A stretch of DNA of 64,000 nucleotides, from assembly GCA_046290225.1 (NCBI GenBank), contig JBKAGE010000037.1, positions 288,001 through 352,000 of the forward strand, given 5' to 3'. The translations under genes were made by a program, and so were the position numbers. This document shows, one piece after another, positions 35,993-46,166 of the stretch (its first letter is position 1; the number at the start of each line of letters is the position of its first letter). Below the pieces are notes generated by a model, which saw only the letters and a program-made list of their open reading frames with translations, made no database searches and had not been told where the DNA came from. The DNA comes from Bradymonadia bacterium. GTDB taxonomy: Bacteria > Myxococcota_A > Bradymonadia > UBA7976 > UBA1532.

Positions 35993-37936
35993 TTACCGGG
36001 CCACCCGAAAGCCGAGGCCCACCACTCGATCCCGTGGCCCCTCGGGGTTGCGGTAGGTGATCTGTCGCTGGCTCGCTTCGCTGGTGCCGATGGCACCGCC
36101 TCTGCTGAGGCCGAGCAAATTGTGCCGATCGGGCCACAGCCCCTCGCTCAGCTCCGTCCGCCATCGCCTCAATGCAGGGGTCCATTGAGGCACGTAGATG
36201 GGGTACGGCACGTGTGCTGCCCCTGCACGCCACCCCGTGTCGACTACGCCGGGGAAGAACACGCGTCGAGCCCCTGCGGCGATGAACGTGTGAAACACTT
36301 CGGCCATGACGATGGGATGAAAGCTGGCTTTTCGCGGATCGAGGTAGACATAGACCTCGCCGGTCTTGGCAGCGTCGGCCTTGAACCCCAGGCGGGTGCG
36401 CCCATAGGTGGCCTTCTTGGCGAAGGCGAGGGACTTGAAGTGCACACGGACACGCTCGGCGAACCCGTCGGGCATGGCCGCGGGGATCTCGATGGGCTGA
36501 AGCACATAGCGCTTCTGTCCGAGTCGGGGCATGGCGGTGTAGCTCAACCGTACGGGCCGCAGCGGGCCTCGATCGATGGCCCCTCCAGCGTCTGGCCACC
36601 AGGGCTGCTGATCCGTCGGCGCGCCGGTGTAGCTCGATGTGTAGGCGCCGAGCACCCGCTCCCAGGCGTTGCCACTCATGTCACACAGCCCCAAGGGGTT
36701 TTGAGGCGTGCTGCACACTGGCCCGGCAACTGAAAGCGCTGCCGCCCCAGGAGGGATCTTCCCCCCGGCGCCGCGGGCTGCATAGGCCCACTCTGCCTCG
36801 CTGGGCAGTCGCCCCCCGACCCATCGGGCGAAGTCTCGCGACTCTGCCAGGGTCACACAATCCATGGGCCAGTCTGCCTGACCAGCCTGCTGAAAGGCGC
36901 AGCCCTCCGGTAGAGGGTGCGGATCGGCCGGATCTGTCCCAGGCAGCGTGCACGCCCCCTCATCCACACATGCTTGATATTGGCCCACGGTGGTCTCGGT
37001 GCGGGCGAGCTGAAAAGACGCGATGGACACTGCATGTACAGGCCGCTCGTCGAGCTGGCCGTCAGATCGCCCCATGGAGAAGCGGCCGCCTGGGATCGTG
37101 AGCCAGACCACCCCGCCTTTCCCCGCCTCTTCGACCCCCTGCCCACCGAGCATACGCGCCAGCAAGGCCTTGGCTTCCATGGCTCGATGATTGCCGAGGG
37201 GGTGATCGGCATACTGCTTGAGGAACAGCTTCACCGCCTGACGACCCTCAGGGCCACCGGCCCGACCCAGAGGCGCCACTTGCCGCCACTGGGCTTCGAG
37301 GGTTTTTCGGTGGGCCTCAAGGGCCTCGGCTCGGAGGGCTTCTTCTGCAGCCTCGGCGGCACGTCGGGCCGCCTGAAGCCTGCTGAGCTCTGCGAGACGA
37401 TCCCCCATGGTGTCCCGGGTTTCGGGATCTCGCAGGCGATGGCCACCAGGCAGCCCCCTCAAGATCGAGGCGGCGGCACGCTCCAGCGGTACTTCGAGCG
37501 TGTCGACGGTCTTCGCCGATGCTCGAGAAGAGGCCAGCAAGCGCCCCTTCTCGGTCTCGTGGGCCTTCAAGGTAATACGCACAGCACCGCCGAGCCGAAC
37601 CAGCTCGCCAGAGATCACCACATGGGCGCCGACGTTTCGGCCAGTCTCCACCTCGCAGTCTCCCTCACAGGCCGAGAGCTCGGTCCCTGGGGGCAGTGAC
37701 TGCAAGATGTTCTCTCGAGTGAGCACGAACCACTGGGCCCGAGGGAGCCTGAGGGAGGCGCCCCGCACCACGTCGGTGAGATAGGCCCGGGCATCGGCGG
37801 AGAACTCCGGGCCCGCCTTCAGCTCGAGGACCGCCAGCCGTTTGGCCCCTTCGGGAGACGCCTGAGCGACGGACACGGCGCCTGTCACCCACGCCACCAT
37901 GCAAAGGTTCACTGTCCAGAAGAGCTGTCTCCTCAT
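35993..37936 (-). CDS. Secreted SUMF1/FGE-sulfatase (C-type lectin fold) protein with N-terminal CsgG/TolB-like domain, coiled coil and internal insertion
   Basis: Motifs IPGGRFSMG, ERPVH, TETTVGQY, RLPSEAEWAYAARG, NPLGLCDMSGNAWE and GFRVAR; N-terminal CEGDCEVETGRNVGA. Confidence 0.85.
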   Translation of the reverse strand: MRRQLFWTVNLCMVAWVTGAVSVAQASPEGAKRLAVLELKAGPEFSADARAYLTDVVRGASLRLPRAQWFVLTRENILQSLPPGTELSACEGDCEVETGRNVGAHVVISGELVRLGGAVRITLKAHETEKGRLLASSRASAKTVDTLEVPLERAAASILRGLPGGHRLRDPETRDTMGDRLAELSRLQAARRAAEAAEEALRAEALEAHRKTLEAQWRQVAPLGRAGGPEGRQAVKLFLKQYADHPLGNHRAMEAKALLARMLGGQGVEEAGKGGVVWLTIPGGRFSMGRSDGQLDERPVHAVSIASFQLARTETTVGQYQACVDEGACTLPGTDPADPHPLPEGCAFQQAGQADWPMDCVTLAESRDFARWVGGRLPSEAEWAYAARGAGGKIPPGAAALSVAGPVCSTPQNPLGLCDMSGNAWERVLGAYTSSYTGAPTDQQPWWPDAGGAIDRGPLRPVRLSYTAMPRLGQKRYVLQPIEIPAAMPDGFAERVRVHFKSLAFAKKATYGRTRLGFKADAAKTGEVYVYLDPRKASFHPIVMAEVFHTFIAAGARRVFFPGVVDTGWRAGAAHVPYPIYVPQWTPALRRWRTELSEGLWPDRHNLLGLSRGGAIGTSEASQRQITYRNPEGPRDRVVGLGFRVAR

Positions 37937-38181
37937 CCTTCTCCGTCTTCCTCCCGTGTGCGACTGCAGGGCGCCCTGCAAAGGGCAGGCCTGGCAGCAT
38001 CATCAGGATGATCCTCGAAGGGGTCGTCGACGAAGTGTGTCGATTTCGCCACATCTGTCTCAGAATCACTACGGTCCCTTGGATACACAGGCCGATTCAT
38101 GGAAACATCTGCGCATCTCGAGAGAGTACATCGCATGATCAAACGTATGCGCGAGCTGTCCATCTCAGAAGAGTCGAGAGA

Positions 38182-41100
38182 TTGATCGAGATCCTCCAGT
38201 ACGACATCCCACTGTTCGGGGCCATCATCACCCTGGCTCTGGGCTGTGGTCATCTCGTTTTTCGGGAAGCCCGCGGCGCCAGTCGCCTCGCGGGCGGCCT
38301 CGCTCTCGGTGTGTCGTTTACGCTGTTCATCACACACCGCATGGTGAACACCCCGGTCTCGAGCCCTGAAGAGGCGAAGATGTGGGCACAGCTCGGGGGA
38401 CTGATGTTCCCTGTCATGGCCCTGGGTTTTCACTTTGTGTGGCGCTGGACCCGACACACAGCTCGGGCAGGCATCGATTGGGTGCTCGTGGCGGTGTACG
38501 GCGCCGCCTCTGCCCTGATGGTGTTCCACGGGCAGCGTTTGCTGGGCACCTTGTATCTCCTCGACGGACACTGGCGCCTCGGCCTCACGGGCCAGTGGAC
38601 CGACATCCTGTTCCTGGGCTGGATGCTGGGCCTGCCCGCAGCCTGGACCTTCATCATCGCCCGAGCGCACTTTGACGACAGGGCTCAGAAGGGTTTCGAT
38701 CGCACCGCGGTCCTGCTCTGCAGCACGATCACCCCCGCCCTCGTGTTGGGCATGGACGCCATCCCTGCCCTCCTCGGCCACCATCAAGTGTGGGCCGCAC
38801 CCGTCATCGTCACGCTGGGGGCCTCTTGTTTGCTCTTCGCAGTCGGTGAAGGCGCCTCTCCGGAGGATGCCCTCGTGCATCAGCACAACGCCCGTCGAAC
38901 CTTGGATGCCCTCTCAGAGGGGGTGATCACCACCACGCCCAACGGCACGATCACCTATGTGAACCCGGCGCTGTGCCGTCTCACGGGCCGCAGCGGCCGA
39001 CACCACGTGGGCCAGCACATCAACACCCTGTTCGATCCCAATGCCCCGGTACATCGCGCCGATCTCGCTCGACAGGCGAACGGCGGCGAGAGCCAGATGT
39101 TCAGCGCCTATCGGCTGCTGGCCCCTGGGGGCATGCGAGAGGTCCAGCTGAGCTGGTCTGCCCTCGGCGAGGGCGAAGAAGGCCTCATCTTCAGCATCAC
39201 GCCGCTCTCGAGCGCCCGCCAGGGCCTGCTCACCCTCATGGGGCACGTCCCCGTGGGCGTGGCGCTCTCCTCAGGTGACAGCATTCAGTTCGCCAACCAG
39301 GCCTTCGCCCAGCTGACGGGCATTGATCGAGATGCCTTGCTGGGGCTCAACCCGCGGGCGCTGATCTACCCCCCGGATCTGAAACTCTTCGACGAAGAGG
39401 GCCAGGAAGACACCATCAACAACGCGCGCCATTACGCCCTGAGAGTTCAACGGGCCAACGGAGAGCTGCGATGGGTCGACTTGATGGTGAGCGATCTGTT
39501 CTTCGATGGTGATCTCATCCGCATCCTCACCTTCGTCGACATCAACCGTCGCGCCCTGGCAGAGCAGGAGCGCGCGCAGTCCGAGGCGAAGGTCAGAGCG
39601 CTCATCGAGAACACCAGTGACGCCATCTGGTCCGTCGACCGGGATATGCGTGTGGTGACGTACAACACCGCCTGTGAGCGCCTCTTCAGCCACCTCTACC
39701 CTCACCGCATCGAGACGGGTCGGGATCTCGTGAGCATCGCCCCCGAGAGCGATCAACACATGATGCGCGTGGTCTATACGCGAGTCTTGAGCGGAGAGCG
39801 CCTGACCCTGCAACACGAGTGGCTCATCGAAGGCGAAACGGCGTACTACCAATGTGCCTTCAACCCGATCTTGAACGATCAGGGCGAGGTGGTGGGGGTC
39901 ACGGTCTTCGCTCGCGATCACACCGACGCCTGGCAACGCGAAGAAGAGCTGCGCCGCGCCCGGGACACGGCGGAGAAGGCCACAGAAGCCAAGAGCATGT
40001 TCCTGGCCACCATGAGCCACGAGATCAGGACCCCCCTCAACGGGGTCATCGGCATCGCCTCTCTCCTCGAGGACACCCTCGCCCCTCGGGGTACGCCTCT
40101 GCCCGAAGCCCCTGCTCTCGGCGCAGAGCAGCGTGACTATGTGGAGATCATCCGCCGAAGTGGTGAAACGCTGCTGGCGTTGATCAACGACATCCTCGAC
40201 TTTTCCAAGATCGAAGCCCAGGCGGTGGAGCTCGAGGCTCAACCCTTCACCCTCGAGACCTGCATCAACGATGGCCTCGACCTGCTGGCGCCCCAAGCAC
40301 GGGCCCGTGGGGTGGAGCTCATGTCGTGTGTCGACTATGGGGTGCCCCAGCGGGTCGTCGGCGACGTCACGCGCCTTCGGCAAGTGCTGGTGAATCTGCT
40401 GAGCAATGCGGTGAAGTTCACGGAGCAGGGGGCGGTGACGGTGCGGGTCACCGAACTGGACGCCAACCGGCTCCGCTTTGCGGTGGAAGATACGGGCATC
40501 GGCATCCCCGCCGATCGCCTCGATCGGCTCTTTCAGCCCTTCAGCCAGGTCGACACCTCAACCACTCGACGATTTGGAGGTACAGGCCTGGGCCTCGCCA
40601 TTTGCGATCACCTCGTCTCGCTCATGGGGGGCAAGCTGCAGGTCCGCAGTGTCGAAGGCCAGGGCTCGTGCTTCTTCTTCGACGCCGATCTACCCCCAGT
40701 ACAGAAGACACCTCGCCCTTCAGGGGCGCATACCTCAGGCGAGTATGCACCGTCGTCTTTGATCCGGGGTCGACTCGTCGCGGTCCATCACCCCAACGCG
40801 CTGGTTCAGCAACTGCTCATCGACCAGATCCACGCCTGGGGCATGGTGGGCGGGCCATTGGGCACCTTCCCCACGGGACCCGACGTGGTCCTCACCTCCG
40901 ACCAGCATGCTCTGCCCCCATCTGCCACCCGGTATCCCACGCTGACCATCGTGGATCCCACGCCGGGTAAACGCACCACGACGCGCCAGATCGTGCGGCC
41001 CCTGAAGCCCCAGGGCCTGCTCGACGGGCTGACCACGGTGCTCCTCGGCGACGCCCTCGCCGGGCCGAGCATGGCCTCTGCTGCACCCAGGCGGAGCTCG

Positions 41101-41523
41101 GCTCACCTCCCCACTCACCTGAAGGTGCTGCTGGTGGAGGACAACGCCGTGAACCAGAAGGTCGCGATCCGCCATCTCGCCCGCTGGGGTTTGAATGCCG
41201 ATCTCGCCGCCGACGGCGTCGAAGCGCTCGAGGCGATGTCGCTGCGCCGCTACGACGTGGTGCTGATGGATGTTCAGATGCCCCACATGGACGGCCTGGA
41301 AGCCACCCAGAGGATCCGCGCCCGTGGGGGCCACCAGCCATACATCATCGCCATGACCGCCAACGCCCTCGATGGTGATCGGGAGCGCTGCCTCGCTGTG
41401 GGCATGAACGACTACCTCAGCAAGCCAGTGCGACCTGCGATCCTGTTGCGGGCCCTGACTCAAGGGGCCAGGCAAGCGCTGCATCGGCAAGCGGCCACCA
41501 GCACCCCTCCGGACGTCACCTGA
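38182..41523 (+). CDS. Membrane hybrid sensor histidine kinase (multi-TM, 3 PAS, HisKA, HATPase, receiver)
   Basis: Motifs [45 protein letters not shown] and LMDVQMP. Start is uncertain (TTG 38182 preferred). Confidence 0.95.
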   Translation: MIEILQYDIPLFGAIITLALGCGHLVFREARGASRLAGGLALGVSFTLFITHRMVNTPVSSPEEAKMWAQLGGLMFPVMALGFHFVWRWTRHTARAGIDWVLVAVYGAASALMVFHGQRLLGTLYLLDGHWRLGLTGQWTDILFLGWMLGLPAAWTFIIARAHFDDRAQKGFDRTAVLLCSTITPALVLGMDAIPALLGHHQVWAAPVIVTLGASCLLFAVGEGASPEDALVHQHNARRTLDALSEGVITTTPNGTITYVNPALCRLTGRSGRHHVGQHINTLFDPNAPVHRADLARQANGGESQMFSAYRLLAPGGMREVQLSWSALGEGEEGLIFSITPLSSARQGLLTLMGHVPVGVALSSGDSIQFANQAFAQLTGIDRDALLGLNPRALIYPPDLKLFDEEGQEDTINNARHYALRVQRANGELRWVDLMVSDLFFDGDLIRILTFVDINRRALAEQERAQSEAKVRALIENTSDAIWSVDRDMRVVTYNTACERLFSHLYPHRIETGRDLVSIAPESDQHMMRVVYTRVLSGERLTLQHEWLIEGETAYYQCAFNPILNDQGEVVGVTVFARDHTDAWQREEELRRARDTAEKATEAKSMFLATMSHEIRTPLNGVIGIASLLEDTLAPRGTPLPEAPALGAEQRDYVEIIRRSGETLLALINDILDFSKIEAQAVELEAQPFTLETCINDGLDLLAPQARARGVELMSCVDYGVPQRVVGDVTRLRQVLVNLLSNAVKFTEQGAVTVRVTELDANRLRFAVEDTGIGIPADRLDRLFQPFSQVDTSTTRRFGGTGLGLAICDHLVSLMGGKLQVRSVEGQGSCFFFDADLPPVQKTPRPSGAHTSGEYAPSSLIRGRLVAVHHPNALVQQLLIDQIHAWGMVGGPLGTFPTGPDVVLTSDQHALPPSATRYPTLTIVDPTPGKRTTTRQIVRPLKPQGLLDGLTTVLLGDALAGPSMASAAPRRSSAHLPTHLKVLLVEDNAVNQKVAIRHLARWGLNADLAADGVEALEAMSLRRYDVVLMDVQMPHMDGLEATQRIRARGGHQPYIIAMTANALDGDRERCLAVGMNDYLSKPVRPAILLRALTQGARQALHRQAATSTPPDVT

Positions 41524-42761
41524 TGCCCCACGCTCTGCAGAGAACCTCTCCCCTGCTGTTTCGCTCGATGTCTCTTCGCCTCGCTGTGTGGGCGATGTGC
41601 CTCACAGCCTGTGGCGGCACCAGAACCAAAGACGCCCCGAGCACATCGTCCACAGTGGTGATTTTGTCTCTCGACGGGTTCCGCTACGACTACCCCGAAA
41701 AGACTGAGACCCCTCACATCGACCGCATCGCCGCCGAGGGTGTGCGCGTGGGGCGCCTGGTGCCGCCCTTCCCCAGTCAGACCTTCGTGGGCCACGCCAC
41801 TCTGGCCACTGGGGTCTCTCCGGATCGACACGGCATTTTGAACAACAAGTTCAAGAGTCGCCAGCGGGGGCCCTACATGATGGCCGACGACGTCACCTGG
41901 TACGATCAGGTGCCTCTCTGGATATATGCGCAGAGCAAGGGGGTGCGCAGCCATGTCTATCATTGGGTGGGCAGCGCCGGCAGCTATCACGGCGTAGAGC
42001 CTGCCTTCTGGCGTCACTTCGACAAATCGATCACCGATGACGAGAAGATCGACACCATCATCGGCTGGCTCGAAGGCCCTGAAGCGGCCCGACCGGGGCT
42101 GGTCATGAGCTATCTGCACGGGTGTGATCACGCCGGCCACGTGCACGGCCCCGACAGCGCTGAAGTCACCGCATGTGTCGCCGAAGTCGACGCCCGCCTC
42201 GGACGCCTCATGGCCACCATCGAAGGGCGAAGCGAGCCCATCACCCTCATGGTGGTCTCCGATCACGGCATGATGAAGACCCGGGGCATCATCGACGTGG
42301 CGGCTCACTTCAAGTCGGCCATGGGCGATGCCGCCGAGGTCATCGCCGTGGGCCCTGTGGCCCATGTCTATCTGAAGCGCCCCGAAGATCTCGCCACCGC
42401 TGAAACTGCAGCCTCTGGCCTCGAGCATGTCACCGTCCACCGCCGTGGCGCCGTGCCGAAGGCGCTGCGCTACGATCATCCGGACCGCACGGGTGATCTC
42501 GTGCTGGTGGCCCCCTTTGGGCACCGCTTCAGCCACAAGCCGCTGCCCGGCCACCATGGCCACCACCCCGATCATCCGGAGATGAGCGCCATCTTCTTTG
42601 CCTGGGGCCATGGTGTCGCCAGAGGCGCTGAGGTCCCTCTGGCGAAATCACTCGATCTGTTCCCCACTGCATGTGCCCTCATGGGCTTGCAGCCACCTGC
42701 CGAAGTCGAAGGCAAGGTCCCGGAAGGCATGCTCGAGTTGCCTGCGGGAATATCGAACTGA
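41523..42761 (+). CDS. Nucleotide pyrophosphatase/phosphodiesterase (alkaline phosphatase superfamily) lipoprotein
   Basis: Motifs SLDGFRYDY, FPSQTF, DHAGH, VSDHGM and GHHG. Confidence 0.92.
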   Translation: MPHALQRTSPLLFRSMSLRLAVWAMCLTACGGTRTKDAPSTSSTVVILSLDGFRYDYPEKTETPHIDRIAAEGVRVGRLVPPFPSQTFVGHATLATGVSPDRHGILNNKFKSRQRGPYMMADDVTWYDQVPLWIYAQSKGVRSHVYHWVGSAGSYHGVEPAFWRHFDKSITDDEKIDTIIGWLEGPEAARPGLVMSYLHGCDHAGHVHGPDSAEVTACVAEVDARLGRLMATIEGRSEPITLMVVSDHGMMKTRGIIDVAAHFKSAMGDAAEVIAVGPVAHVYLKRPEDLATAETAASGLEHVTVHRRGAVPKALRYDHPDRTGDLVLVAPFGHRFSHKPLPGHHGHHPDHPEMSAIFFAWGHGVARGAEVPLAKSLDLFPTACALMGLQPPAEVEGKVPEGMLELPAGISN

Positions 42762-42842
42762 CAGAGGCGTCTTGATCATCAGGCCGCGTGTCACCATGCT
42801 TCTCAGGACGCCCTGATCGGGCACTTCAGGAGGAAGAGGGTC

Positions 42843-43289
42843 GTGTTCACAGTGCGTGGGCTCAATGGAACGATGTTGGGGATGGTTTTGCTCTCGCTGT
42901 TCACCCTCACCGGATGTGGTGGCGGTCAGCAGGTGATCATGGGTCGAGTCGTGAACCCTCAGGGCGCCCCCGTGACGCGGGCCGAGGTGAGCACCGAGCC
43001 GCCGACCGACATCGTGCTCACCAACACCAAGGGCATCTTCAGCATTCGTCAGATCATCATGGACGATGGCGGCGTCGAGCCCCTCGAGACGGGCCGATAT
43101 GTGGTGACGGTCCGCCAGCTGGGTTTCGATGATCTGGAGGTCGAGGTGGATTATGACGGCGGCACGGTGAAACTGCCGGAGCTCGAGCTCATCCCCAAGG
43201 GTATGGATATTTCGCCGACGGCGCCTGATCCCACCCAGGAGTTCAGGGTCGACCCCGACAACCCCGCCCCCCCCGTGCAAGGCACTTGA
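42843..43289 (+). CDS. Lipoprotein with carboxypeptidase-regulatory-like (CnaB) domain
   Basis: Lipobox LTGC; GRVV..QGAPV..A.V...TNTKGIF...GRY pattern. Confidence 0.75.
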   Translation: MFTVRGLNGTMLGMVLLSLFTLTGCGGGQQVIMGRVVNPQGAPVTRAEVSTEPPTDIVLTNTKGIFSIRQIIMDDGGVEPLETGRYVVTVRQLGFDDLEVEVDYDGGTVKLPELELIPKGMDISPTAPDPTQEFRVDPDNPAPPVQGT

Positions 43290-44464
43290 TGGCCTTCAGC
43301 CCCACCAGAGCGTCCACAGCGGTGGGGCTGTGTGTCTTCCTCGGGTCGCTCTGCGCCCTCGCCAACCCTCAAGAGAAGTCACCTCAAGAGACGCCTCCAC
43401 GAGAGCAGCTCGCTCAAAACAAAGATCGCACGCTCAAACATGCTGAAGTCACGGTGACCGAGGCACCCCCAGAGGGTGATCCCGACAGCAACCGCTTCAT
43501 GGCGATCCCCTTTGCTTCTTATGGCCCGGAGACAGGCTGGCTCGGCGGAGCAGCGATGCTCTACCTGTTCCACCTCGACAGCGAGCGGAACTCCCAGGTG
43601 GCCACCTCGGTGCGCTACACCGAGAAGAAGCAGCTGCTGCTGCGCCTCAAGCCCGAGCTGTGGTGGGGCAACAACCACGTCAAGCTCGACGTGGAGTACG
43701 ACCGGTTCCCTGATTATGTCTGGGGCGTAGGCCGGGGTACCGCCGCAAGCGCCGAAGAGAAGTTCCTGCCTGTGTCGACCCGCCTGGAGCTCGATCTCGA
43801 CCGACGAGTGTGGCGTCGCTGGTTCGTGGGCATGCGCTCGGAGCAGGTGTTCACCAGCATCAAAGAGTCGGAGTCGGACGGCTTCATCGCCAATGGTGCC
43901 ACCGGAGCGACTGGGGGCTTCCTCAACGGTTTGGGCCTTCAGGCCTTGTGGGATGATCGGGACAACGCCAATGCCACCACCCAGGGCAGCTACCTCAAGG
44001 TGGGCGCCCTGCACTTCAACAAGGCGTGGGGCAGTGATTTCTCGTTCACCCGCTACCTGCTCGATGCGCGCCACTTCTTCGATCTGGGTGGTGAGCAGGT
44101 GATCGGCGTACAAGCCATCAGCCTCTATGTCGCCGGCAACGCGCCCTTTTACGAGCTGCCACGCATCGGCGGCAAAAAGGTGATGCGGGGGTACTACAAC
44201 GGGCGCTACCGCGATCAGACCATGGCTGCGTTTCAGGTGGAGTACCGCCGACCCCTCTTCTGGCGCCTGGGCATGGTGGCCTTCGGTGGGGTGGCCGACG
44301 TGGCCGACAGCCCCGGCGATTTGAGCTTCGGCGCCCCCAAGTGGTCCGCAGGCGGTGGCATCCGCATCGCCATCAGCCGCAAGAGTCGCCTCAACGCCCG
44401 CCTTGACATCGGCTACGCCGAAGGTGAGACATCCACCTATCTGAACTTCGGCGAGGCGTTCTGA
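43289..44464 (+). CDS. Omp85/BamA-TamA family barrel-only outer membrane protein
   Basis: Motifs YGPETG, DDRDN, MRGY, AGGGIR and terminal GEAF; no POTRA domains. Confidence 0.88.
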   Translation: MAFSPTRASTAVGLCVFLGSLCALANPQEKSPQETPPREQLAQNKDRTLKHAEVTVTEAPPEGDPDSNRFMAIPFASYGPETGWLGGAAMLYLFHLDSERNSQVATSVRYTEKKQLLLRLKPELWWGNNHVKLDVEYDRFPDYVWGVGRGTAASAEEKFLPVSTRLELDLDRRVWRRWFVGMRSEQVFTSIKESESDGFIANGATGATGGFLNGLGLQALWDDRDNANATTQGSYLKVGALHFNKAWGSDFSFTRYLLDARHFFDLGGEQVIGVQAISLYVAGNAPFYELPRIGGKKVMRGYYNGRYRDQTMAAFQVEYRRPLFWRLGMVAFGGVADVADSPGDLSFGAPKWSAGGGIRIAISRKSRLNARLDIGYAEGETSTYLNFGEAF

Positions 44465-44467
44465 GCA

Positions 44468-45346
44468 GTGCAGACATTCGAGCAGGCCACTGAAGAGAGC
44501 CGCCGCATGGCGCGGCTCTACGCATTGATCCATCGCGGCAACCCCGGCGACGTCGAGTGCTATGTCGCGGCGTGTGATGGCGCCACCCGGGTATTGGAGT
44601 TGGGTTGTGGTGAAGGCCGGGTCCTCGAAGCCCTCGTGACGCATCACCCATCGCTCGAGATCTCAGGCCTCGATCTCGACCCTGGAGCCCTCGCCGAAGC
44701 ATGCACCCGAGAGCCCCTTGCCCAGGCCATGGAAGCCGGTCGCGTGCAGTTGCATCAAGCAGACATGCGCGACTTCGAACTCGAAGGCAGCTTCGACCGC
44801 ATCATCATCCCCTACAACGGCCTCTACACCCTGGGCAGCCTCGACGGCGTGCGCCAATGCCTTGCCACCGCTGCACGGCACCTCACCCCTGATGGCGCGT
44901 TGATCTTCGATGGCTACGCCGTAGACGACGACGCAGCTGACGCCGAGCTGTGGGTGGATCCACCAGATCCCAACGAGGTCGCCGAGGACCCGTGGTGTGA
45001 AGGGGGCTTCAGTTATCTGATCACAGTGCTCGACCTGCAGCAGCGGGTTGATGTGTACGAGCGAGAGATCGCCGTCGGCGAGCCGCGGCGGCTCAACGTC
45101 CGCTATCGATTCGTGATCCGCTCGGGCAGCCCCTTCGAGCCGCCCACAGGTGAGCCCGAGGTCATCGAGCAAGTGGTGGGGCACCACTTCATCACCCCAG
45201 GCATGGTGCCGGCGCTGATCCGCGATGCGGGTTTGAAGCTGGTGTCGATGTGGGGTGAGTTCGACGGCCGGCCCTTCGACGACGAGTCGGAGCGGCTGGT
45301 GGTGACCGCCCGCAAAACCAACGACACGGGCGAATCATCTCGCTGA
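44468..45346 (+). CDS. Class I SAM-dependent methyltransferase
   Basis: Motifs VLELGCGEGR, GLDLD, ADMRDF and HLTPDG. Confidence 0.92.
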   Translation: MQTFEQATEESRRMARLYALIHRGNPGDVECYVAACDGATRVLELGCGEGRVLEALVTHHPSLEISGLDLDPGALAEACTREPLAQAMEAGRVQLHQADMRDFELEGSFDRIIIPYNGLYTLGSLDGVRQCLATAARHLTPDGALIFDGYAVDDDAADAELWVDPPDPNEVAEDPWCEGGFSYLITVLDLQQRVDVYEREIAVGEPRRLNVRYRFVIRSGSPFEPPTGEPEVIEQVVGHHFITPGMVPALIRDAGLKLVSMWGEFDGRPFDDESERLVVTARKTNDTGESSR

Positions 45347-45925
45347 TCAGCCCTGCTCGCCCTGGCTCTGTTGTCTCGCGGAGTGCATCAACATCTCGTC
45401 GAGCAAATCGCTCATCCACGACAGGCGCGCCTCGGCGCCGGGATCGAGGGGCCCTTCGAACTCCCGGTGCACCACCCGGCCCTCAGGCGAGACGAGACAC
45501 ACCCGAGGGCGATGCGTGCCCCCATAGAGCTGCCCAACTCTGCCAGTGGGATCGAGGAGTACGGGGTAAGGCAGGCTCGGCGTGGGTGGGTTGCTCCGCG
45601 TGTAGTGCGCACACACGACCAGCCACCCCACCTGAAGGCGCGTGGACTGCATCAACGCCAGCAACGGCTCCCGCTCCAGGCCTCCGGGGCTGCTCCAGGG
45701 CTGCCCGGCCCGGGTCCACAAAATCACCGTGGGTCGGCCGCGGTGATGGCTCAGGGTGATGGGCACCCCAAGGTGATCTCTCAATGTGAAATCAGGGGCC
45801 TCAGTGCCTGGACCCGCGCCACCCACTGCAGGCTGGGCACTGCGCAATACGGGCAACATGCCTTGGAGCACCCGGACGAAAGCGTCTCGAGCCCACTGGC
45901 CGATTCGGGGTTGGGTTTGAGGCAC
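45347..45925 (-). CDS. Redoxin/AhpC-TSA-fold protein lacking the usual CxxC
   Basis: Motifs APDFTLRD..G...LS..RGRP, YPVLLDPTG.VG.LYG and P...LVSPEG. Confidence 0.65.
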   Translation of the reverse strand: MPQTQPRIGQWARDAFVRVLQGMLPVLRSAQPAVGGAGPGTEAPDFTLRDHLGVPITLSHHRGRPTVILWTRAGQPWSSPGGLEREPLLALMQSTRLQVGWLVVCAHYTRSNPPTPSLPYPVLLDPTGRVGQLYGGTHRPRVCLVSPEGRVVHREFEGPLDPGAEARLSWMSDLLDEMLMHSARQQSQGEQG

Positions 45926-46166
45926 AAGGACTCACGGCGCTCACGACCACAGGTCACGAGGCATCAGATTCGTCGACACACATCTACGCATGTAGATTCG
46001 GCCTCTCTAAAGAGGCCATGGCCCTGCAAAAGGTTGTTCTGGATTCGAAATAGATCTCTCGACGTGCCCACACGTCTGAGAGCACGGGCCCGGACCCACC
46101 ACACATGCATTCAACGTTCACGGCCCGACAAATCTTCACCTGCACCCACGCCATGGGGATCACACA

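Noticed and set aside
35993..36200. Diversity-generating retroelement target at the FGE C-terminus
   Set aside because: No reverse transcriptase and no template repeat differing at adenines was seen in the window.
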